Virus record (IMG/VR): IMGVR_UViG_3300025066_000007
Direction: 5' to 3' (one strand)
DNA: 64,000 bases
Source of the DNA: a virus
Taxonomy: Duplodnaviria > Caudoviricetes
In this document: in pieces, positions 25,966-35,687 of the stretch
Layout of the letters: each line of letters opens with the position of its first letter
Numbering within the stretch: the first letter of the stretch is position 1
Translations under genes and position numbers: made by a program
The notes under the pieces: generated by a model
What the model was told of the DNA's origin: nothing
The model's database searches: none
What the model saw: only the letters and a program-made list of their open reading frames with translations

Positions 25966-28188
25966 TTACATAACTCCCTCTGGGGGCATTCCCATATCGG
26001 GCGCTTCTCCACCCATTCCCTCCATGCCTTCCATTCCTCCTGCATCTTCTACACCGGGAAGACCGCCCTCTGCTCCGCCAGCAGTCTCTGTTCCAGGCGG
26101 CTCAGTGATTGACTTAGAGGGATCAAGACTCTGCAGCTCTGCAAGCTTCATGCCTCCAAGGACTTGCTGCTCTTTTGCAAAGATTTGATTATCGATCATT
26201 TCTTCTCGAATTCTTCTACGCTCCTCTTCATAGCTAAGGCCAAGACTTCTGTGCAGAGTCTGCAGTGAAACTTGCTGGTTTCCAACAAACTGTCCAACAG
26301 AAGTTATAAAGTCGGCCATATCGTAAAGATTCATGTGGTTAAAGTCAATTGACGGAACAAGAAGTCTCTTCTCCCCATCTTTGTATTCAAAGAAGTCTTG
26401 TATCTCACAGATTGGGGCGAAGACCTTTCTCTCAAGCCACTTCTTAATCATATTTCTGAAAATATCATATCTCTGACGCAAAACTTCTAGACCGACAGAC
26501 GATGACGCGTATGTGTTTCCATGTATAGCAACCTTGCCATTATGTCTGGTTACAAATACGTGATTAGGAACTTCAACGCAGAATACTCTTTCTTCGTTAA
26601 CCCAATTAATAGTTACATCACTAGGACGAACCATTGCTGTAACAAATTTGGAATCAGGATCAGTAGGTGTTAGGTTATCAATTGTTGTCATAAAGAGAAC
26701 ATTGTTTTCATGATTAATATCGAACTTCTCGTCAGAATTAATCTCGTCAATATCAAAGACCTCCAGAGCACGACTCTTCTGATAAGTTGCTCCCCCATCT
26801 TTAGAGAGATACATTTCGTGAAAATCAGTTACTTCAACATCAACATTCTGATTCTTAAATGCATACATCATTCCTGTAAACTTAAAGTCTTTATAAAATG
26901 TTGGCCTATGAAACTCCAAAGCCTGTGTTTCGGGATTTACTGTAGCGATTTTATCGTCTTCTTTTAGATCATCAAAGAACTTCCACCCACTAGACTCCGT
27001 TAAGATCTCATTATCAGAAACCTTAAGGCAGGAGCTTTCCTGATCCATTAATGCCTTTGGAGTCATGAGGCCTGCGTAAATGTTTGTAACGATATGCTCA
27101 ATATCAGTTCCGATATCTAGGGTCGAGCCAGAGAAGCCAGAGCGTTCGATCTTAACGCCATTGTGGGTTACAATCTTGAAGTCTTTATCATATTGAGCTT
27201 CTTCCAAAAGATTCTTAAAGGCCTCAATGTCAGATTGGGTTGGACGATAGTCGCCTTCTCCTCCAAGGGTAACCAGAGTCAGGGGGTTTATCATTCCGTC
27301 TGCTTGTGCAAACTTTGATTCCCTAAGCCGATCATAGAGCATCAGGTCTTTATATATAGAGACGATAACGGATGTGCCTCGGATATCATACGGAGAACTC
27401 AATAGCTTTAGGTGAGAAACGTTAAATTCATCAAGAGGAATGTTTTGACCACGACGAACATAGTTCAAGATATGCTTGGGTATGAATTTTCGCATAGACA
27501 AGTCGGCAGGAGAGGTTGAGTTTACCAGTCGCTGAAGAGTTGCGTCAGGTCTCAAGGAGACTATTGTATTGTTTCCAATAACTGTCTTCTTAACATGGAC
27601 GTAATCAGGGTTTAAGATTGTGATTCGCTTCCAGATTCCCGCCTGCTCATCTAGCTCTGCATAGGGAAATGCTTCGCCCAATTTCCAGAACTCCAATGCT
27701 GCTCCGTAAACAATTGAGTATAAATCAATCTTTTCTGCCATCTCCATGAAGAACTGTTGAACTTTTTTGTTTTTACATGTGATATTAATCTTGCTTATAG
27801 GATATGATGCGTGAAGATTTATTGCGTTTCTAACGAGAGGATGCGTGTCGTAAAAAACGCGATTCCAGGCGTTCATCGTCACCCGATCTCTTGGGAGATT
27901 CAGGTTTGCAAGCTGGAATAGAGGAGAATATATCTCTGGGGACATTCTATCGGAAGTGGACGAAACTGTGGGCCCCGGCATAGGAGAGGATATTGATCCA
28001 CTCTTTATTAGATTTAAACTCTTCTTTCTAAAATTAGAGCTGTGAGCTATAGCTCCAATCGGAGACTGATTCTCATCTCTGTCCATCTGCTTATTTGCTG
28101 CGTCTGAGATCTGAGCACGACGCACTTCAGAAATAGACTCTGCAGTCTTTTTCGTCAGAGGAGTAGGGGGCTTACCTGTTCTTCTCAT
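25966..28188 (-). CDS. Portal protein (contains a mini-intein)
   Basis: Immediately follows TerL; YDTHPLVRNAINLH...ILNPDYV...YGTSVI-like segment (PYDIRGTSVIVSIYKDLMLYDRLRE); acidic Gly/Met/Pro tail. Confidence 0.8.
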   Translation of the reverse strand: MRRTGKPPTPLTKKTAESISEVRRAQISDAANKQMDRDENQSPIGAIAHSSNFRKKSLNLIKSGSISSPMPGPTVSSTSDRMSPEIYSPLFQLANLNLPRDRVTMNAWNRVFYDTHPLVRNAINLHASYPISKINITCKNKKVQQFFMEMAEKIDLYSIVYGAALEFWKLGEAFPYAELDEQAGIWKRITILNPDYVHVKKTVIGNNTIVSLRPDATLQRLVNSTSPADLSMRKFIPKHILNYVRRGQNIPLDEFNVSHLKLLSSPYDIRGTSVIVSIYKDLMLYDRLRESKFAQADGMINPLTLVTLGGEGDYRPTQSDIEAFKNLLEEAQYDKDFKIVTHNGVKIERSGFSGSTLDIGTDIEHIVTNIYAGLMTPKALMDQESSCLKVSDNEILTESSGWKFFDDLKEDDKIATVNPETQALEFHRPTFYKDFKFTGMMYAFKNQNVDVEVTDFHEMYLSKDGGATYQKSRALEVFDIDEINSDEKFDINHENNVLFMTTIDNLTPTDPDSKFVTAMVRPSDVTINWVNEERVFCVEVPNHVFVTRHNGKVAIHGNTYASSSVGLEVLRQRYDIFRNMIKKWLERKVFAPICEIQDFFEYKDGEKRLLVPSIDFNHMNLYDMADFITSVGQFVGNQQVSLQTLHRSLGLSYEEERRRIREEMIDNQIFAKEQQVLGGMKLAELQSLDPSKSITEPPGTETAGGAEGGLPGVEDAGGMEGMEGMGGEAPDMGMPPEGVM
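26515..27030 (-). mobile_element. Mini-intein (172 aa, no endonuclease) in portal
   Basis: Starts CLKVSDNEILT after DQESS; block B VTDFH; ends VFCVEVPNHVFVTRHNGKVAIHGN; +1 residue Thr. Confidence 0.85.
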
Positions 28189-28190
28189 CT

Positions 28191-31040
28191 TTAAATTCTC
28201 CTCTTAATATTCGCGATTACAGGCCTTGGATATTCGAGTCTTTTATCTAGCCCAGGCCTCATAGAGAACCCCTTGGTTAGGTCGAATTTATACGCCATAT
28301 AGGCGTATATTAGCGCCATAAATCCATCATTTGGCGAGTTTCCCTTGACGTAAGTCTTTATGGGCTGACCTCCGGATGTCCTTATTTTGGTCTCCATAGA
28401 TGTGCAGTGATCAATGAGCCACTCCATGTGCTCATAGCTCTTCCATGGAAATCTAACCTTTCCCTTTCTAAACAGCTCAATTAATTCGTCAATTAATAAA
28501 TCTTTATTATAAGAAATAATTAGCTCATCCTCTCTATATTTTACTGGTTTGGCCAAGCTTCCACTTCCTTGAGCTCCAAGAAACCTATCTCCGTATACTA
28601 ATTGAAGATCCGAAACAACGTCTTGTCCAAAGAACCAGTCTGATACGCCTCTCGTTACACCAAACCTTCGATACATCTCTTTTATAGTATCTTTTTTAAA
28701 ATCAAATGTATTCTTCTTTAACTTATGGGCGTGTTCTATAGATAAGATCCCATCTGGACTTGCAGACAGAACGACTACACAAGAGAAGGACTGCCCTCCT
28801 CTTGAATTAGGATCGTCATCTTTTCCACCCCAGTCAGAACCAAGATAAACAGTTTTTTCCTTTGAGCTAATAGATTTTGCAAAATATCTATCCGGATCCC
28901 TGCATAAGTTATAAACTTCTGCCTTAGTAAGGGGGGAGCCTGCGCCAGAGTAAAACTCTCCAATAACTTCATTTTTCCAGATTCGCTCTGTTTGGGCAGG
29001 ATTATTTTCCGGCATTAACTTTTCTATATTTTCTTTTGTAAAATATGGAATATAAAGCTGATTGATGTGAAATCCAACGAAGTCGGATTCCTCAAAAGGC
29101 CTTGTTGACACCCACTTTCCAAGTTCTATAGCTTCTATTTTCTTCTGTTTTGTTCCGCAAAGAGGGCATTGAACTATGTTTTCATATAACCAAATTGACT
29201 GCCACCGATTATCATCTGGAAGATAAAAGGGATAAGTCTTCTTGCAATTAATGCACCCAAGATGGTAATAGCGCTGATCTGAAGTTCCCCATATTGTTGC
29301 GAAGTGACTGTTCTTGCTCTTAGGGGTTCCAAAATAAACCTGCACCCCCTGACCAACAGGGCCGTATTTTGCGGCAGTTAAAATCTTTGTTGCATTGCCG
29401 ATTGCATGCGGCAACATCTCTTGGCAATTATGAACGATAGGACCTCCGGTTCCGCTTGAGCCTTTTCTTGACGACAAAATAAAATTGTGATTATCTTCTA
29501 CCTCAATATCGTAAACGACCTCTTTCTTCTCAACGGGAGTTACATTATTGACAATTGTCCATGAGTATTCCTTAAAATCTTGGTTCCAGCTATAAGTTTC
29601 TCCGGCAAATGGCTTTAGCAGCTTATGTGACATAGATGGATGCACATATGGAGAGATTAATTCGGATAAGCTTTTGAATCCGTCCTTGTTAATGAGGACG
29701 TAAAAATAATGTTTATTTCGCTGCTTTGAAAAGTATTTTGAATAGTGACACTTTATTCCCATAGAATTAAGCTTCTTAACGATTCTTTTTTGAGAATCCT
29801 CATCAAATGAAGAGGTGTGCAACGTTCCGGCTGCAGAGCTCTTCCACCTTGCGTTTACAGATCCGTCATCCATAAACCAAATAGCCAGACCTCTCTCATC
29901 TAGCTCGTCTAGCACTTCTTGTGGACAAGTAGACTTTGTCTTTGGGAGATCAAGGTTCATACAAAACATTTTTGAGGAAAATCTTATCGCAGGCTTTTGG
30001 CTAAATCCATTTTTTTCAATTCTAGTTACATTCGCATTAATTATTTTTGACTTCCATTTGCAATACTCTTCCTGGGCCTCTCCGTGATTTACCATAAGTC
30101 TATGGCCTTTGTCACAAGTCCGATCAAGATGGCCATCTCCAAGAAAAGATCCAAGAACTAGCTGCCTCTGATCATCATTTAGAGCTCTGGAGCGCTGAGC
30201 TCCTTCTTTGCGTGATTTGAGCAGATCTCCGGACAAAAGTTCTTCTGCAGGAACCCATCCTCGACTCGTAAGGAATCTGTGGTTTCCAGTGCATTTTATT
30301 CGCCACTTTCCAGCTGTAATTTTAACTAAGCCCTTGGAGCCTCTGTTCCAAGCTTTTTTTATCTTCTTATATTCGAACTTTTCTATAGATTCGTTGAATG
30401 TTCTGGCCATCGGAAGCTCTTCTCCGGCCTCAAATCGCCTAAATAGCTCTCCTATCTTAACCTTTCCATCAGATGTCTCTATATGCTGATCGTAAGGAAA
30501 GCACTCATCGAAAATGCCAACATCAACGGTCATGCCACGAATTCTGTCTCCGTCTGTTCCAAGGCTGTCTATCCAGAGGGTTCCGGTATTAAACTGCTTC
30601 ATCGTAAGGTTGTCGACGGAGTTTGGAGTATTTAGCTTGTTTTTGGTTATGAAGTCATCTTTTGCGGTTCGAATAAGATTCTCTAACTTATCCTGAGAAA
30701 ACTTCTTCACCTGCCCTAAAGCTGGAAATAGGTGAATCACTCGAATATTCGGATCTGTGAACAGACCACTGTTGGTAAAGAACAGGTCAAGTGCTCCGGC
30801 CATCATAGTGGCGCCAACCTGTCGACCTTTCTTTATTACAACCGGCTTCCCATCGGGCCTTGTTGCTTGAAGTGCGATATAACGATAGATATCGGACATG
30901 AATTTCCAGCCGTTATCTAAAACGTTAAATTCAGCTCCATCTAAAGTTAGGTTATTCTTAGTAAAGTGCGCAGGATCGAAATCGAGAAAATTTGATTTTA
31001 ACTGTTCAAATAAATCTTTTTCGCTCTTTTTTGGTGCCAT
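28191..31040 (-). CDS. terL: Terminase large subunit (lambda GpA-like features; contains a LAGLIDADG intein)
   Basis: IKKGRQVGATM (Walker A region), VGIFDE|CQ Walker B, FGTP, Zn motif CINC...CPLC, GFHINQLY, nuclease LGSDWGG. Confidence 0.9.
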   Translation of the reverse strand: MAPKKSEKDLFEQLKSNFLDFDPAHFTKNNLTLDGAEFNVLDNGWKFMSDIYRYIALQATRPDGKPVVIKKGRQVGATMMAGALDLFFTNSGLFTDPNIRVIHLFPALGQVKKFSQDKLENLIRTAKDDFITKNKLNTPNSVDNLTMKQFNTGTLWIDSLGTDGDRIRGMTVDVGIFDECFPYDQHIETSDGKVKIGELFRRFEAGEELPMARTFNESIEKFEYKKIKKAWNRGSKGLVKITAGKWRIKCTGNHRFLTSRGWVPAEELLSGDLLKSRKEGAQRSRALNDDQRQLVLGSFLGDGHLDRTCDKGHRLMVNHGEAQEEYCKWKSKIINANVTRIEKNGFSQKPAIRFSSKMFCMNLDLPKTKSTCPQEVLDELDERGLAIWFMDDGSVNARWKSSAAGTLHTSSFDEDSQKRIVKKLNSMGIKCHYSKYFSKQRNKHYFYVLINKDGFKSLSELISPYVHPSMSHKLLKPFAGETYSWNQDFKEYSWTIVNNVTPVEKKEVVYDIEVEDNHNFILSSRKGSSGTGGPIVHNCQEMLPHAIGNATKILTAAKYGPVGQGVQVYFGTPKSKNSHFATIWGTSDQRYYHLGCINCKKTYPFYLPDDNRWQSIWLYENIVQCPLCGTKQKKIEAIELGKWVSTRPFEESDFVGFHINQLYIPYFTKENIEKLMPENNPAQTERIWKNEVIGEFYSGAGSPLTKAEVYNLCRDPDRYFAKSISSKEKTVYLGSDWGGKDDDPNSRGGQSFSCVVVLSASPDGILSIEHAHKLKKNTFDFKKDTIKEMYRRFGVTRGVSDWFFGQDVVSDLQLVYGDRFLGAQGSGSLAKPVKYREDELIISYNKDLLIDELIELFRKGKVRFPWKSYEHMEWLIDHCTSMETKIRTSGGQPIKTYVKGNSPNDGFMALIYAYMAYKFDLTKGFSMRPGLDKRLEYPRPVIANIKRRI
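29427..30503 (-). mobile_element. Intein with LAGLIDADG homing endonuclease (359 aa) in TerL Walker B
   Basis: CFPYDQ start after DE; CTGNH block B; LVLGSFLGDG and LAIWFMDDG; VYDIEVEDNHNF...IVHN|C end. Confidence 0.9.
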
Positions 31041-31637
31041 TTATCCAGTCTGTGCGTGTTGCATGTAGTCGGCTATTTCATTAGCTATGTCATGCTCATC
31101 GCTTTCTCTATGAGAGAGTTCTTCCGGAATATATTTTACTTCCTCTACGTCTTTTTCTCCCACTAGTTTTTCAATTAAAGCTTTAAGCTTCTTCTCGTCT
31201 ATCAGACGGGCGACTCCTGCATATCCCAGAGAGGGATGCTGTCGGCAAATTGTGAGCGCCGCGAGCGCTCCAAGTTCAGGCCGATCTGCCAAGAGATCCT
31301 TTATATAATTGACAATCATTCTTAAGGATCTAAAGAGTTCCGGGTTACATTCTCTACACTTCTTGCCGCTACAAGAGCAGGCATCAATCTCAGTTGCGTT
31401 GGCGATCTTTTCCGTCTTTGAGCTATCAATATCTTTTATGAGATCGAATCCAGCTCGGGTTCTTATATCTGCCATCTTCTCTTCGATGCTTGAAAAGTCA
31501 TTTCTCTTTTTCATGATCGTTTTGAGGTTGGCTAAATAGTCAGCGCTTTTCTCAATATTTTTAGAGAAATCATCTATCCAGTCAGCCTTAGAGCTTGAGC
31601 TATAATCTTCAGTTAAATTTTGTCGCTTTATCTTCAT
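31041..31637 (-). CDS. Hypothetical head-module protein with a Cys cluster
   Basis: 198 aa; CSCSGKKCREC; IEKSA motif. Confidence 0.65.
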   Translation of the reverse strand: MKIKRQNLTEDYSSSSKADWIDDFSKNIEKSADYLANLKTIMKKRNDFSSIEEKMADIRTRAGFDLIKDIDSSKTEKIANATEIDACSCSGKKCRECNPELFRSLRMIVNYIKDLLADRPELGALAALTICRQHPSLGYAGVARLIDEKKLKALIEKLVGEKDVEEVKYIPEELSHRESDEHDIANEIADYMQHAQTG

Positions 31638-31652
31638 TGTATATCCGATTGA

Positions 31653-32663
31653 TTATGCGAAATAATTCTTCATAAAATCTACGTTTTTTCCGTCATCTCC
31701 TTCCTGAAAAAAAGACCCTCTATCCTTGAAAATATGGAATCCACTGTCGGCAAGAATCTGCATTATAGAAAGCTCTTCACGGTCAGTTAGGTCATACTTT
31801 TTTGACAGAGTTTCATATACCTCTTCCATTGGATGGCCTGCAGAAACGTGAGCGTTTATCATCATTCCTGAAATAGCCCTTTCGAAAGGGGTTATAGATA
31901 TAACTATGTTCGAAGGAGTTCCTGCTTCCTTTACTAGATCTCCATAGGCAACACTTTCGCCAGATGCAGCAGCCCAAGCCGGAGGTATCTTTACAGAGGC
32001 TTTCTTCGAATGCTCTTCTTTGACCTTTTTATTCAATTTATTCAGGTGGTCTTTTAGCACAAGGGTGTCTCGCATTATGCTGACACGAATAGCCTCAAGA
32101 GCCTGTATGTCTAAGACATTATCGTGATCATCCCTGATGGCCCTAGAGATCTCATGGTTTTTTCTGTCCAAGAAGCTTAAAGCTCGTTCACAGCCGACCG
32201 TAGTCCGGCCATCATGCTGAGGGATCCTAGAAGGATACTGGTCATTTATATAGGCCATAAACTTTTCTAAGTCACCATCATTCACATAGTCAGTCTCTTT
32301 TTCCTCAGCCTCTTCTTCAAGCTCTTCCGCTCTTACATCCGCGCCAGGAAGGAGGTCCCCAAGAGTTGTATCTCCATGCTCCTCTAGAAGTTCGGTAACC
32401 TCTTCGTCCATCTTTGCCAGCTCTTCTGATAGCTCTCCGAAGCTTTCCTCTCCCTCCACCATTGGCTCTAAGACTTCTTTGAGAGTTTTGTCAGAGAGCT
32501 CTGGGTCCAAATCTTCGTCCATACCAATGATGGCTCCGACTAGACCTTCGGGACTTCCCTGTAGCTCTTCGGCAAAAAATACATCATCAGATTCGTCATA
32601 AACATATGACTCTTCTGGCTGTGTTGCTTCTTTGTAAATTATCTGCTCAAATTCTTTAGACAT
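31653..32663 (-). CDS. Acidic putative internal head protein
   Basis: 336 aa; IYKEAT, SKKAS and LVKEAG motifs; AGGAG RBS. Confidence 0.65.
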   Translation of the reverse strand: MSKEFEQIIYKEATQPEESYVYDESDDVFFAEELQGSPEGLVGAIIGMDEDLDPELSDKTLKEVLEPMVEGEESFGELSEELAKMDEEVTELLEEHGDTTLGDLLPGADVRAEELEEEAEEKETDYVNDGDLEKFMAYINDQYPSRIPQHDGRTTVGCERALSFLDRKNHEISRAIRDDHDNVLDIQALEAIRVSIMRDTLVLKDHLNKLNKKVKEEHSKKASVKIPPAWAAASGESVAYGDLVKEAGTPSNIVISITPFERAISGMMINAHVSAGHPMEEVYETLSKKYDLTDREELSIMQILADSGFHIFKDRGSFFQEGDDGKNVDFMKNYFA

Positions 32664-32671
32664 ATTATCTC

Positions 32672-33112
32672 CTATCCTACAAGGCTATATATACCGTAGT
32701 ATACGCTTCTGCTCTCATTATTATCAGAATACTGATCCAAGGGGTATCCATATTGTGCTTCCGGCATATTGCCAATCATCATGCGCGGATATAGGGGGCT
32801 TCCAGTTAGTCCAACGTTTCCAGCAGGGAGTCTGCTTTGATCTTCGTCATACTTACAATCTACAGAGCCTTTATCTTCAAAGACTCTATCCGCAAATGGG
32901 CACTTTATTTTTTCTTCAGCCAAAAACATTAGATCCATATTTTTTTCAGCAAGCTCTTTGCGCTCTTCTTCATGCTCAGCCAAATCCAATGGAGTCATAT
33001 CTCTTGCGATCGCCCTATTCTTTTCTCCATCTTTTCTAACCGCACCAATGCTAATGCACCCCTCTGCAACAGGGAGGCCGAATGGACATTGATGAAGCTT
33101 TCCTCTAATCAC
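32672..33112 (-). CDS. Cys-containing hypothetical protein (GTG start)
   Basis: QCPFGLP...CISIG...KCPFAD...VDCKY. Confidence 0.6.
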   Translation of the reverse strand: MIRGKLHQCPFGLPVAEGCISIGAVRKDGEKNRAIARDMTPLDLAEHEEERKELAEKNMDLMFLAEEKIKCPFADRVFEDKGSVDCKYDEDQSRLPAGNVGLTGSPLYPRMMIGNMPEAQYGYPLDQYSDNNESRSVYYGIYSLVG

Positions 33113-33153
33113 TTTTATTCCTATTGTTTTATATAATATTAGTAATTCTAAGA

Positions 33154-33930
33154 CTAGATATTATCCAGATAGTATTTAATAAGCCTTCTTTTGATGAGCT
33201 CATCCTTAAATCGTCCAACTAAAGGAACAGAGGTAAGGAGGTCCATATCCATAAGGTGCTTTAGCGTAACCTCGGGAGAGGCCTTAAGCGCTCTGGCGAT
33301 TACCTTTGAGATAGACGTCGGCTTAACAAAGAGTGGCCCATCCGTTTTGAAATTATTTCTGTTCTCCTTAATAAAGGATACTAGCTCGGGATCTAAATCG
33401 AATCCAAAGCGTGCAGCAAAACTTATAGCTCTAAATGCACGCTTTGGATCATCGCTTATTGTAATCTCTGGAGGAACACAGGTTTTTATTATTTTTTTGT
33501 CTAGGTCTTCTAAGGCGCGACCAGTAGGATCTGTAATCTCTTTTGTTTCAATGTCCATATGCAGAGTGTTCATTGTAAAATCTCGGCTATAGACTTCGTG
33601 ATAAAATTCGTCTTTAATCCCAAGTTCTTTATCAATATACTCAATTGCTCCTTCGGAAAGAAAGTTGCTTGAAAAATCTAATGTGTATTTATCAAAATAT
33701 ACGGCTACATGGCCATCTGGAAATAGTTTGAATAACTCATCAAAAGTGTAGGCGATTGTAATCGCAAGACGAGCAACATCAGGATGATTCGTTGTAAGGT
33801 CTATATCCTCAAACTCCCTTGCCATGCCAAGGGTAATATCCCTGGGAACCCCGCCTACCACATAAGGCTTAGAAATGAAGTTTTCTTTGCAGATATCTAA
33901 AATCTGCCCATATAGTCCCTCTGTCTTCAT
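33154..33930 (-). CDS. cca: Class II tRNA nucleotidyltransferase (CCA-adding/poly(A) polymerase family), short form
   Basis: YVVGGVPRD...EDIDLTT (motif A), SRDFTMN (motif B), ISDDPKRAFRAISFAARFGF (motif D). Confidence 0.85.
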   Translation of the reverse strand: MKTEGLYGQILDICKENFISKPYVVGGVPRDITLGMAREFEDIDLTTNHPDVARLAITIAYTFDELFKLFPDGHVAVYFDKYTLDFSSNFLSEGAIEYIDKELGIKDEFYHEVYSRDFTMNTLHMDIETKEITDPTGRALEDLDKKIIKTCVPPEITISDDPKRAFRAISFAARFGFDLDPELVSFIKENRNNFKTDGPLFVKPTSISKVIARALKASPEVTLKHLMDMDLLTSVPLVGRFKDELIKRRLIKYYLDNI

Positions 33931-33934
33931 GTGC

Positions 33935-35446
33935 TTACTCTAAAGGTTGCTCGACCGGCTGCTCAGCGCTTAAGTCGTCTGGAGATAACTGCTCCTCAGA
34001 TTCTTCGGCTGTCTCAGGGGAACCGGGCACTCCCTCACTTGTGCTTACGAGCACTCTTGCATTTGCGAGCTGACCCATCATTTTGGTTACTCTAGTTAGA
34101 GAGTATGAGAATGCGTCAATTAATTTACTCTGAGATTCTGCAAGCTCCGGAAATAGGGATGCGATCCCGATTTTGTCTAGCATAATATCAAACTCAGCCA
34201 ATTGCCTGATGACTCTTCTATCTGCAAGCATTCCCGCGACCTCATCTAGCTTTGCTGAGGCAATTTCGAGACTAACATCTCCGGCCAATTCTTCATACTC
34301 TCCTGGCCTTGCCCCAGGCATTGGCATGATCTCCTTGAGATCCTTCGGCTCTACTTCATCTGCAGATGGAACCTTAAAGCCTGACTTGCTATCTGCGGCC
34401 TCTTCCGGCTCATCTGAGGTTGGGATTGCCAGCTCTGCTTCCGGTGGCTGTGCTGCTGGCACAGACTCTTGCGTTGGTTCTACCTGAGGCGCATGAGAGA
34501 TTGGCTCATCTGAAGGTACTTCTTGTGCAATTTTCTTCAGAATGCCCGCAGCCTCATTGGCCCCAGCCCTTTCAAAAGTTGATGCCGTCTTATATGTGAC
34601 ATCGGATAAGGTCCTGGCAAGTTTTACTTTTTTCGCCAAAATACTAAGACTGTTGAGAGCTTCCGACAAGTCCCTATACTCTTCATGATCGACATATCGA
34701 TCGGACCTAATTAGTTTGTCCACTCTTCTGATCGCTCCATAGAGCTGTTGTTTCCAAGTGGAAAATGCATTTTTTTCCTCTGAGTTTCTTGCAGGCCGCT
34801 GAGAAACCTCCTGAAAAGTTCCTCCATCAAAGCTATTCCCAGGCATATTGTTCGTAGCGCTATAGGCACCGCCGCTTTGTCCTAGTCCAGATTGGTAAAC
34901 CGCTTTTTTCTTCATGTCTAGCTCCTCTTCAAGGCTATACTTCAAGTGTTCTCCTGCGCTATAATAGTCGAACCACTTAAGAAATCCGACTTTTTCCTTT
35001 TCATCTAAGGAATTGCTGTAGTATTCCAGGGCGTTCTCTTTTGACATCTCTCCTGTTTCTACTGAGTTATATATTTTATATACAAGTTCTAGCCACGCGT
35101 TAACATTATATTCTTCTGTTATTGCCTCTGGAGAGAGCCCGTAATTTGGATAGGCAAGTTTTGTTATTCCCTTCGAAGTCATCCTTGCCTTTACAATCAT
35201 ATAGTAAGCATCATTTTTGCTTTTAATATCAGATTCTAATATCTTTCTTATATTACTGTCGGTAAGCGCAGCGCCTATCTCTGAAGCCGCACTCTTTACT
35301 GTAAGATATTGGGATAATTTTTCATCAGAGCTAATCGACAACGAAGAAAGATAACGAGCACGCTTGGTTAGCCCCACAAATTCGTCGCTACCAACTCCGG
35401 AAGAAAGCTTTACTAGCTTTTCATAAAAATACTTATTGATCTTCAT
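33935..35446 (-). CDS. Putative internal head protein
   Basis: 503 aa; LTKRA, ITKLA, MKKKA and LKKIAQ motifs; tag-like TYKTASTFERAGANEAAGIL. Confidence 0.6.
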   Translation of the reverse strand: MKINKYFYEKLVKLSSGVGSDEFVGLTKRARYLSSLSISSDEKLSQYLTVKSAASEIGAALTDSNIRKILESDIKSKNDAYYMIVKARMTSKGITKLAYPNYGLSPEAITEEYNVNAWLELVYKIYNSVETGEMSKENALEYYSNSLDEKEKVGFLKWFDYYSAGEHLKYSLEEELDMKKKAVYQSGLGQSGGAYSATNNMPGNSFDGGTFQEVSQRPARNSEEKNAFSTWKQQLYGAIRRVDKLIRSDRYVDHEEYRDLSEALNSLSILAKKVKLARTLSDVTYKTASTFERAGANEAAGILKKIAQEVPSDEPISHAPQVEPTQESVPAAQPPEAELAIPTSDEPEEAADSKSGFKVPSADEVEPKDLKEIMPMPGARPGEYEELAGDVSLEIASAKLDEVAGMLADRRVIRQLAEFDIMLDKIGIASLFPELAESQSKLIDAFSYSLTRVTKMMGQLANARVLVSTSEGVPGSPETAEESEEQLSPDDLSAEQPVEQPLE

Positions 35447-35687
35447 CGTCCTTTTCTAGTCGCTCCAAAAGAACTCCAAATTGACTAAGCCACTCTTTCT
35501 TGTCTAGTAGCCTAACTTTATTCATTTCATTTTTCAAGTATTCAATAAAGATTCTAAAGTGATCTGAATCTATGACCTGATCTTCTTTGTATAGCTTCGT
35601 GTTATCTCGGATCCACTTCTCAAAAGATATCAGGCTATTGATATCTTCTAGGCGAAAAGTTTTACGAAGCTTGCCATCAGTAAACAT
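35433..35687 (-). CDS. Small hypothetical protein
   Basis: 84-aa coupled ORF. Confidence 0.55.
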   Translation of the reverse strand: MFTDGKLRKTFRLEDINSLISFEKWIRDNTKLYKEDQVIDSDHFRIFIEYLKNEMNKVRLLDKKEWLSQFGVLLERLEKDDEDQ

